Shown here piece by piece: positions 1-7,942 of a stretch of DNA of 64,000 nucleotides. Numbering within the stretch: position 1 is the stretch's first letter; the number at the start of each line of letters is the position of its first letter. The DNA is taken from contig JAWSUZ010000004.1 of the NCBI GenBank assembly GCA_033852165.1, positions 4,692 through 68,691 on the forward strand, given 5' to 3'. A program made the translations under genes and the position numbers. This DNA is from Agarilytica sp. Lineage in GTDB: Bacteria > Pseudomonadota > Gammaproteobacteria > Pseudomonadales > Cellvibrionaceae. The notes under the pieces were generated by a model that had not been told where the DNA came from, did no database searches, and saw nothing but the letters and a program-made list of their open reading frames with translations.

Positions 1-2879
1 CCAGAACCGTCGGCGAAAGCGTAAAGGAAGTTTGTCGTCGCGCGGCCTGCTACTACATGTGCATAGTTGCTGGAGGTAAAGTCGCTACAGGGTTCCGGAG
101 TTGGTGTAGGAGTCGGAGTCGGAGTCGGAGTCGGTGTGGGAGTTGGTGTAGGAGTCGGAGTCGGTGTGGGAGTTGGTGTAGGAGTGGGTGTTCCACCGCC
201 CGCAGCATCGGTTGAACCATTCAGCGCAGAACTTTGCGCAGACTCATTTCCACTGGTATCTGTTGCCGATACGGTGAAGCTGTAAGTCGTGCTTTCCGTT
301 AACCCGCTAACAACGACTGAATTACTTGTGGAGGTTGTGTTTAACGTACCGTCCATATACAAGCTGTAAATAGAGAGGTCGATATCACTGACAACGTTCC
401 AAGTGAGAGTAATGCTTGTCTCGCTGGTATTACTGATGGCCAAACCGCTGGGTACGACAGGAGGAGTCGTATCGTTGCTGGTAAAGTCCGCACGGCGATT
501 ATTATCGAAGAAAAATTGCGTAACAAATGCCGGGTAATCAATTGTGGAATGGTTGGTGTATGCGCCGCCCGCTTCATCGTTACCTGCAGGCCATGCATGG
601 TCTAAACCTGTCACCATTATTTTCGATACGCGAACACCATTGACATCACTCCAGGTCTCTTCTGTACCGCCACCTGTTATGGGGTTTGACCCGCTGTCTT
701 TACTGACGTTATAGACATTTGCCATCGCTGCAGCGTCTAGCTCTGCATAGGCTTGACCGACCAGAAAATCCGAAGTGCCGTGAACGACTGACGTTAACTG
801 AGTGTTAAAATCGTTATCAGATGTCGAAAAGTTCAAGCAGGTATTTGCCACAGTGCTTGCGGTAGTGCCGCCAGGTACAGAACTAATTTGTCCGGAAGTC
901 GTGCCAATTGCTGGGCCTGCATTAATCCCAATACCGGCAAATATTTCAGGGGCTAAACAACCCATAACAAAGGTTTCACTGCCGCCAGAAGAAAGACCTG
1001 CAATATACACTTGGTCCGGATCAATATTGAGGCTGCTATTGGCGATTAAGCTATTAGCCAAATCAATCAAATTGTCGTCATGTCGGCTGGGGTTTGTTGA
1101 ACTGTGATTAGAGTCGTAATAATCCCAGCAAGCTGCAATCACACCACCATTAGGAGCCATTGGCGCAACCACAACCATTCCGTATTCGTCGGCTTCGTCT
1201 TCCCAGCCCCAGTTGTCTCGAACCACTTCGTTGTCTTGTGAACATCCGTGCAAGCTAATCATCAATGCGCGTTGGCCGTTGCTTGTGGCTGAGTTAGGTG
1301 TATAGATGTGAACTTCCATTCCATCTAAGTTGCCATCAGTTGTCCATTCGCCAGGGGTTGATGAACCGCCACCGGAACCACCGCCAGATCCGCCACCCGA
1401 ACCTCCGCCCACATTGGGATCAACGTCAGTCCATGAACCGTCTATTAATTCCCATAAAGTGAACGAATCGATGAAACCATACTTTTCGCCCATTGCCAGG
1501 TAGCCGTCTACGTCGAGTCGGCCCGCGGTATAGTGATCAGTTGCGGTTCCGGAAGCGCTAGGGGCGATGTATTCAAGGGCTGTTGTGGTGAAGTTAACCG
1601 TTGTAGACGCGGCAGATTCATTCTCACATTTATCCACAGATTTCGCATAAATACTGTAAGCGCTAGAAGGACTTAGGCCGGAAACTGTAATCGTATTGGT
1701 TGCAGAAAATCCTGCAGAGCTACCGTCGGTGTTATAAATGTTATAGCCTTTAAAGTCGGATTCAGAATTTACATCTGCGCCCAATATTGCGTATTTATCG
1801 TGTACATCATCAGCGCTCAAATTGGCTGGAACAGCTGGAGGCGTTGTATCGTTGGGATCTTCGCAAGCGCCGAATCCGCTTAATGTATAGTTCTCAAAAA
1901 ATGCCCAGATATATTCAGAAGCACTGGGGCCTTGGCCCTCTGCCCATAAAGGTGTGCTCGTATCGTCACCGGTCCAGTAATGGCCTTGGCCGTAGCTAGC
2001 CGAGTTACCGGCCACACCCGCGTAAAACATTGTTTTAACTAAAGGATCGCCTGCAGTATCGTTATACGTTGTGAGCGTGCAGCTAATGCCTTCGGTTGTA
2101 CAATCTTCGGTTCCATCAGAGCTGAGGTCTGCACCCCACACCGAAAGATGAGAGTCTCGAATTAATTGTCCGCCCGTAATCATCACCACGGTATCGTTAG
2201 AGGAATGCACAACCAGTGTTGGCACCGCACGCGCGTAGTTTAATTCGGCATTAATTTTATCAATATGAAATTGTAATGAATTAAATTGGTCGGCGGTGAC
2301 GGATGTTGAACCGTCGCCATAGGCTAGGGCTTCAACAGGAGCCATTGCAGCCCAATAGTCGTTGTAGGCAATGCCAGCCGCAACCGTCATGGCGCCACCG
2401 CTGGAGACACCGGTTATATAACGTCTTTCTGAATCGATGTTGTAATTGGATTCCACCTGAACGGCCATATTGTAAAGATCGTCGACCTCGCCGTTGCCAC
2501 CTTCTTGAACATGGTTTGAAAACCAGTAGCCCCAGCAATTTTCACTTCGATTTTCGGTAAAGCTAGTGACAAAAGGAAATACAACGATGACGTTATTTTG
2601 GTCTGCAACTAAATCTAAATTCCAAAGGTTACGTGCATCATCGTGATCCATCGCGCAGCCATGTAAGGCAAATATCATGGGAACCGCAGTGTTGCCATCG
2701 TACGATTGAGGTACATAAACCTTGTATTCCCGAGTGCGTGACCCGTTATAGGAATAATTCTCAACAGAACCACTACCCGTCATTAATTGTGCTGTAGCCG
2801 GTGAGGACGCAAAAACACCCAAAGTAACAGCGGTGAATAATTCTTTACGCCACTTAAACATCGATTTTAAAAACGTCAT
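1..2879 (-). CDS. phaZ: Extracellular short-chain-length PHA (PHB) depolymerase with two tandem catalytic domains; 3'-partial (runs off the window edge)
   Basis: Hand translation from ATG at 2879 is open for 959 codons to the edge. Signal peptide; CD1 with LHGC, GVSSG (2397-2411), HSSND, GHYW; FN3; SBD-like TATDHYTAGRL; Gly/Ser linker; CD2 with LHGC, GLSSG (984-998), HGTSD, DHAW; FN3; (TP)16; SBD-like SSNYAHVVAGRA. Confidence 0.92.
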   Translation of the reverse strand, partial: MTFLKSMFKWRKELFTAVTLGVFASSPATAQLMTGSGSVENYSYNGSRTREYKVYVPQSYDGNTAVPMIFALHGCAMDHDDARNLWNLDLVADQNNVIVVFPFVTSFTENRSENCWGYWFSNHVQEGGNGEVDDLYNMAVQVESNYNIDSERRYITGVSSGGAMTVAAGIAYNDYWAAMAPVEALAYGDGSTSVTADQFNSLQFHIDKINAELNYARAVPTLVVHSSNDTVVMITGGQLIRDSHLSVWGADLSSDGTEDCTTEGISCTLTTYNDTAGDPLVKTMFYAGVAGNSASYGQGHYWTGDDTSTPLWAEGQGPSASEYIWAFFENYTLSGFGACEDPNDTTPPAVPANLSADDVHDKYAILGADVNSESDFKGYNIYNTDGSSAGFSATNTITVSGLSPSSAYSIYAKSVDKCENESAASTTVNFTTTALEYIAPSASGTATDHYTAGRLDVDGYLAMGEKYGFIDSFTLWELIDGSWTDVDPNVGGGSGGGSGGGSGGGSSTPGEWTTDGNLDGMEVHIYTPNSATSNGQRALMISLHGCSQDNEVVRDNWGWEDEADEYGMVVVAPMAPNGGVIAACWDYYDSNHSSTNPSRHDDNLIDLANSLIANSSLNIDPDQVYIAGLSSGGSETFVMGCLAPEIFAGIGINAGPAIGTTSGQISSVPGGTTASTVANTCLNFSTSDNDFNTQLTSVVHGTSDFLVGQAYAELDAAAMANVYNVSKDSGSNPITGGGTEETWSDVNGVRVSKIMVTGLDHAWPAGNDEAGGAYTNHSTIDYPAFVTQFFFDNNRRADFTSNDTTPPVVPSGLAISNTSETSITLTWNVVSDIDLSIYSLYMDGTLNTTSTSNSVVVSGLTESTTYSFTVSATDTSGNESAQSSALNGSTDAAGGGTPTPTPTPTPTPTPTPTPTPTPTPTPTPTPTPEPCSDFTSSNYAHVVAGRATTNFLYAFADGS
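96..191 (-). repeat. Thr-Pro linker repeat, 16 x 6 nt, inside phaZ
   Basis: Degenerate hexamer array (ggagtc/ggtgtg/ggagtt) encoding (TP)16 on the minus strand. Confidence 0.95.
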
Positions 2880-3032
2880 ATTTAACAAGCCTCAAAGGAG
2901 AATAAAATGATTGCATGGGTAAAAGGTCAAACGCCCTCCCAGCGTATTATTTTTATTAATTATTTTTGGTGCGACAAAATGTGATTTGATATGCATAAAT
3001 CTACATAACGCTATTTAGATTAGTAGAGGATT

Positions 3033-3060
3033 TAGACCTAGGTCGTACGACTAAGGTCTA
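3033..3060. promoter_or_regulatory. 28-bp near-perfect palindrome made of two CrbR/ErdR-like boxes upstream of phaZ
   Basis: TAGAC-CTAG-GTCGT-ACGAC-TAAG-GTCTA. Each half resembles TAGAC-N4-GTCTA. About 155 bp upstream of the phaZ start. Confidence 0.6.
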
Positions 3061-3189
3061 GTGTCGAAAAGTAAATGTTGTGATACGCGAGGCGTGTTTA
3101 ATATTGATTTTGTTTGTCGGGGTTGCTGACAATACTTTTAAAGTCTAAAAAATTTAGTAATCAAAAAAAACGGCTAAAAATCAACCTTG

Positions 3190-3212
3190 GCATATCGATA
3201 GTATCGATATGC
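3190..3212. promoter_or_regulatory. Perfect 11-1-11 inverted repeat, candidate operator
   Basis: GCATATCGATA-G-TATCGATATGC in the AT-rich region upstream of phaZ. Confidence 0.45.
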
Positions 3213-3538
3213 TTGGCGAATGTTAAATCTATATATTCGATACCCTTCGAATTTGTTCGTATATACAAATGTTTTTTTATTACATGTAGGGAAAATATAA
3301 ATTTTTGGATTTTTGGGAATTTTAAAATAAATATGCTAAGGATATGGTGCACATTTTTGGCCCCTAACAGTTTATTGATAGGCTGTAGGTTTAGCAGATT
3401 AATTAAGGAGAATTTATTAATAAGTTGAATATAGGGAAGTTATTGGCAGTACTTTAAGCATGGAGCCAGGTTTAAATCTGGTACATAGGGGGATGGCCCC
3501 ATACGCAAAGTTACTTTGTACGAAATAATCCGTGTGTA

Positions 3539-4603
3539 CTATTGACCAAAGTTCGATGGGAGGTCGCGTTTGGGTTCTGTATTATCAGCATTGATTGTAC
3601 GGTTGCTCAGATACTTCGAGCCTGTATCAATTCGTTTTGCTATTGGCTTACTGGCAACGACTGCTGGATCAACAACAGTTGAGCTTAAGCTCGCTTTCCA
3701 GCCGGTAACTTGGCTTCTGCCTGCATCACTGTTTAGGTCTATCGGAAGAAGTTTGATATGGGCTTGGTTCCAACCCATCCCTACGGTTAACTCAGCGGCA
3801 TATTCTTTTCCTGCTTCGAGATCTGCCGACAAAATAGCGTAACGTTCAGACCGAGCAAGAAAGTCATAATGGCCGGGCTTCAATTTTACGGAAAAATACG
3901 CCCCGCCTTTTGTACTACCTACGTAACCCTCTTGGCTCCAAACGTCAAAGGCAATGCCGGAAATTAATTTACTCGGGCGGTAAAACCTTACAACGGCATG
4001 ATCCGAATCGGCGTTAAGCTCTTCCGTCGCATTGGTCATAATCGGGTAGGCCAAAGTACCGGGGTTGATGACGAGATTATCGTAGGCTGTGTTTTCTCTT
4101 TTTTCCGTTAGTGGCTCGACGGCACGTGTTTTCATTACCGTGGATTTACCCAAGTCTTCATCGAGAATTTCCGTTAGCCCGGTTGTTGCATAGCCAAATT
4201 TCGCGTAAACAATTTCGCCCGGCTTATTGTCGATCGCCATGTAGCCAAAACCTGCTGTGGCTTGTACGAAATGGAGCGTGTTTAAGCCTGCGTCCAGCTC
4301 TAGATAAACGTGACTGCCATTAGACAAGTCTGCAACGACGGCATCATCAACGGCTACCCACAATCCACGTGCACCACCTTGAAAATTACTACCACGAATA
4401 ACGTAAACCCCGGTTTTGTCTGCCGGTACTTCTGGTTCTTGAAAGTTTTGAACGAGTTCTGGGTCGACCTTGTATACCGTAGCCGCACAGCCTGTCATAA
4501 GCGCGCCAAATAAGGCGATAGCGATGACTCTGAGAAAAGAAAAACGGGTGAATTGTCGGAGGTATGAAGGTGATTGGCTTATTCTTGATAGCGTAATATT
4601 CAT
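3539..4603 (-). CDS. Lipoprotein with two DUF2846-like domains
   Basis: Lipobox-like LMTGC. Two repeats of the pattern V(Y/R)(V/F)(I/Y)R-x-S-(N/K)-(F/L)...; 354 aa. Confidence 0.6.
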   Translation of the reverse strand: MNITLSRISQSPSYLRQFTRFSFLRVIAIALFGALMTGCAATVYKVDPELVQNFQEPEVPADKTGVYVIRGSNFQGGARGLWVAVDDAVVADLSNGSHVYLELDAGLNTLHFVQATAGFGYMAIDNKPGEIVYAKFGYATTGLTEILDEDLGKSTVMKTRAVEPLTEKRENTAYDNLVINPGTLAYPIMTNATEELNADSDHAVVRFYRPSKLISGIAFDVWSQEGYVGSTKGGAYFSVKLKPGHYDFLARSERYAILSADLEAGKEYAAELTVGMGWNQAHIKLLPIDLNSDAGRSQVTGWKASLSSTVVDPAVVASKPIAKRIDTGSKYLSNRTINADNTEPKRDLPSNFGQ

Positions 4604-4999
4604 ATGTAGTGGCTTCTTGTTGTTTAAAAACAGAGTTTTGACTGGGCGCGTGTTGTCACAGCCTGTCGTTAATTTACTGACGAGAAAGTGGACTTTCCTT
4701 TCCTTGATGGCGCGTTATCGATGCAGCAGTTAGGAGGTTGGCGCGAAAGAGTAACAATCATTGTGAGGGGGAGATATTACAGACCATTACAGTCCGTTAT
4801 GCGTTGCAGGTACGGGTTACAGAGGCGTAAAATAATTGTGGTTTATGAGCCCATTTCCGTCTATTTTCTTCTATATTTAAAGATGCCCTAGGCCTTTTTT
4901 GGCCGGTATTATTCAAGGGGGAATGCAGACCAACCCGCTTGTGGCCCAGTTCACGCCCGATGTAAATGTCATGATTTATGAGTTGTAGTGAGAAGCAAT

Positions 5000-5383
5000 A
5001 TGACAAAGCCCCTTATACTAGCGGTAGATGATGAAGAACTTAATCTAAGGTTGATTCAAGCGGCGTTAGATCCGGCGTATGAGGTGATGACGGCCAGTTC
5101 AGGTGAGGAATGTTTAAAGCTGGTTAAGGATATTAAACCCGTATTGATCTTGCTCGATATCACAATGGATGGGGTGAGCGGGCATGAGGTGTGCGAGAAG
5201 CTACAAGCGGACGAAGCGACGGAATCTATCCCTATTGTGTTTATCACGGGCAGTGAAGAGACGCCTAACCGGATAAAAGCCTATGCCAATGGCGCTATTG
5301 GCTATATCCTCAAACCAATAGACCCGAAGAAATTACAAGGTAAAATCGACAAGCTATTGAAGGAGGCAAGCCAGACTTTGTAA
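5000..5383 (+). CDS. Single-domain response regulator (receiver only)
   Basis: LAVDDE, LILLDITM, FIT, YILKP receiver motifs; ATG at 5000. Confidence 0.9.
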   Translation: MTKPLILAVDDEELNLRLIQAALDPAYEVMTASSGEECLKLVKDIKPVLILLDITMDGVSGHEVCEKLQADEATESIPIVFITGSEETPNRIKAYANGAIGYILKPIDPKKLQGKIDKLLKEASQTL

Positions 5384-5431
5384 AGCCTGTCTTGGTAAAG
5401 CTTGTAGGAGCAAAAAACCCGACTGTAACAC

Positions 5432-6295
5432 CTACAAAAACTGACCTATCTTTTTTCTACATAGCTGTTCGGTTTTTTCCAGTAAGTGTTTTACACACCC
5501 AGACAAATGCATCAAATCTTCTTCTGTAACTCTAAAATTAGGGTCGTAGCGAGCGCCGATATAAGCATAATCCAGCAGCTCAAGACGTTCTTTCTGCGCC
5601 CTTGTATCGGTTGGGAATATATCGCTTAGCGATGGCTCGTGCTTCACGGCCATATGCAGAAGGTAATCCAGTAAGTGTTCGTGTGGATTGTATGCCGTGA
5701 ATACGAGAAGGATAGTTTTGTAGCAGCTTTCAGCGGTTTGGTGAAGATTAAAAATCGCTACTTTATGTTCGCTTGCTTCAATAGATAGTTTGTATATTCG
5801 ATAATAACTTTGAGCGCTGTTAAACCAATGATCAAAATAATCTTGAGCAATTCTCTGATTTTCTGCCGGTGTTAGTTCTCGTTTCTCCGCAAAGGCCGCA
5901 GTGCCTGTATCATAAAGTAAGCAACCCTCTTTTTTTACGTCGGTATAAAAATACTGGCCTTCTGCCAACTTTATATTAATTTCTTGAATATCGTGGGTAA
6001 TGATTCTGACGTGGGCGCTAAAGTTCTTGGCATTACAGATTTTTGATACCTTGTGCCACAGCTCTGTATCCGTAGCTGTTGTCTTATCTTGAGTGACGAC
6101 CAAAATATCGTAATCCGATTGGTGACCCGAACGTCTATCTGGCGCTAAATCCGATGCTTCCTTAAAATTCCCTCGCGCATAAGAACCAAATAAAATAACC
6201 TTTTCCACTCCAGAGCAGCCGTCACAAATAATATTGGCGACATGTTGAAGCTCTTTTTGTTTGTTTTTCGGGAGATGGGTGATCGTTGTTTTCAT
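5432..6295 (-). CDS. Fused minimal nucleotidyltransferase (MNT)-HEPN domain protein
   Basis: N-terminal ILFGSYARG...SDYDILVV (GS, DxD). C-terminal HEPN helical pattern FNLHQTAE..YK, H..L, LDYAYIGARY. Confidence 0.85.
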   Translation of the reverse strand: MKTTITHLPKNKQKELQHVANIICDGCSGVEKVILFGSYARGNFKEASDLAPDRRSGHQSDYDILVVTQDKTTATDTELWHKVSKICNAKNFSAHVRIITHDIQEINIKLAEGQYFYTDVKKEGCLLYDTGTAAFAEKRELTPAENQRIAQDYFDHWFNSAQSYYRIYKLSIEASEHKVAIFNLHQTAESCYKTILLVFTAYNPHEHLLDYLLHMAVKHEPSLSDIFPTDTRAQKERLELLDYAYIGARYDPNFRVTEEDLMHLSGCVKHLLEKTEQLCRKKIGQFL

Positions 6296-6435
6296 AGGGC
6301 CGGTCTAGGTCAGTGAAGGGTGATAATAAGATGAATCCATTCAGTCTGTCTCGTACTATGTGAGTATTTTCCTCAATTACGTTCTCTCAGTACTCAACGG
6401 CGTAGCAGCGACCACTGCATACGCCGGTGTGCCGA

Positions 6436-7449
6436 TTAAACCCCGTTGGCCGTTTGGCTTTTCGGAATGTAGGATTCCACTACACGAGGAAGTACCGCGA
6501 TCAATAGTGCCCGCACACGATGCCAGTATGCCGATAGTAACAAAAGCGCAGCACCCATAATCACTCCCGTGATTGCAAAGCTATACCCCACGCCGCCGTA
6601 GGTTTTGATAATGCTGGATAGTGCATAGATAACATAACCGAGGGATGAAATCATAAACGCACGGCGATCAACAGTGATGGAAATCGATGTCATGAATAAA
6701 TACAACACAATGATAATCGCCATACTCACTAAACTCTCCTCACCATTTAATATGCCTAAACTTGCAAATACAGGGTGAATAATCAACGGTGCTGAAAGCA
6801 GGTGAAGCCAAAACGCCACGTCCGATTTTCCCGTACGTCGTTCCGTATCAGAAGAATCCCAGACCATTGCCAAAACAAAGGTAATAAGTCCGCATACAAA
6901 CAACACGGCAAATAGTAAAGATTTTGAATCTGGAAGAAAATATGCCGTAGTCGCGGCTATAAACCCAATCGCGGTGGCCGTGCCAGCGGCAACGGTAATA
7001 GGAACGCTAAAACGCAGCCAGTGGCAATAAGCACTAGCAGTCGCAGCTGCGGCAGCCGCAACGATAAATACAGCCTCGGACGAAGAGCCCAACAGGCTGA
7101 GGCAGAGTTTAAATATACCGCCAATAAATGTGAGCAGTAACACAATCGCAGGAAGCGCCATTTTTCTTTTCAGAACAAAAAACTCAGCCAAGCCCCACGA
7201 TAAAACGCTAAAGCTAAAATAGCCCAAACTTTCATTTATGCCATTGAGTACCCACCAAGAACAAAAGAGTAGGAGAGTGCAAGCGATAACAACAAAAATA
7301 TCGTTAAAGCCGCCGATCAGCCTGAGACTTTCTTCGTCGGCTGGCGGCGTGAGTTGGGATGATGAAACCAGGTTTTTAAACTCGGAAACCGAGGTCTCGG
7401 TAAAAATTCCTTTTTCTACTGCGTGGTTGAGGTCTTGGTTTGTGTACAT
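6436..7449 (-). CDS. Conserved hypothetical polytopic membrane protein
   Basis: 337 aa with about 10 hydrophobic segments; N-terminal DEESLRLIGGFNDIFV motif. Confidence 0.75.
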   Translation of the reverse strand: MYTNQDLNHAVEKGIFTETSVSEFKNLVSSSQLTPPADEESLRLIGGFNDIFVVIACTLLLFCSWWVLNGINESLGYFSFSVLSWGLAEFFVLKRKMALPAIVLLLTFIGGIFKLCLSLLGSSSEAVFIVAAAAAATASAYCHWLRFSVPITVAAGTATAIGFIAATTAYFLPDSKSLLFAVLFVCGLITFVLAMVWDSSDTERRTGKSDVAFWLHLLSAPLIIHPVFASLGILNGEESLVSMAIIIVLYLFMTSISITVDRRAFMISSLGYVIYALSSIIKTYGGVGYSFAITGVIMGAALLLLSAYWHRVRALLIAVLPRVVESYIPKSQTANGV

Positions 7450-7711
7450 GGTTATTCTCTATTCGTGTGAAATTTCTGATTGTGATTTTTTATCGATAGT
7501 GAAGATACTTTTTTAATTCCTTCTATCATGGCGAGTGTGCTTTCTTGGGAGTCTCCACCACCACCACCAACAACAAAAGTGAACGGTATGGATAGGTCTG
7601 ACAGTTTACATGCAGCAAGTTCGTCTCGTGTGGCTGAGACGTTAATGCTTAATTGAAGTCTGCGAGGTACACGGTATCTCAAGCATGTAAAACCTATGAG
7701 GTTGGCACCGA

Positions 7712-7826
7712 GTCCGAGGGGCAGGGAAAGTGTTTTCATGACCTTCTGTTGCCATGGATGGCAACGGGGAGCGTACATGGATGTATTTACAGCGTGTCTT
7801 GAAAACACTTTCCCTGCCTCACGGAC
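7712..7826. repeat. REP/MITE-like nested palindrome
   Basis: 31-bp inverted arms (7712-7742 and 7796-7826, 3 mismatches) enclose the hairpins TTGCCATGGATGGCAA and TACATGGATGTA. Confidence 0.75.
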
Positions 7827-7855
7827 AGGCTAAGATGTCTGCACATCTTAGCCTG
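7826..7855. terminator. 13-bp stem hairpin downstream of gcvP
   Basis: CAGGCTAAGATGT-CTGC-ACATCTTAGCCTG. Confidence 0.55.
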
Positions 7856-7942
7856 CAACGTAACAAGACTAATCAATTATATAAACCTATATGAGATCTA
7901 CGAGAAATCGTTTAGCTGTTGACGCTCATTGGGGGGCGACCC

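Noticed and set aside
1630-1638. Perfect DnaA box TTATCCACA
   Set aside because: Single copy inside the phaZ coding sequence with no supporting context.
67-2608. Short track ORFs in 67-2608, including the Gly-Val repeat ORF 67..285
   Set aside because: They are shadows of the long minus-strand depolymerase frame; the GV repeat is the antisense of the (TP)16 linker.
4882-4896. 15-bp exact match GATGCCCTAGGCCTT also at 12740-12754
   Set aside because: Too short to call a target-site duplication or mobile end; the enclosed genes include core gcvP. It may belong to the REP-like family.
7452-7808. 118-aa ORF
   Set aside because: Runs through the REP-like palindrome and has no protein-like signature.
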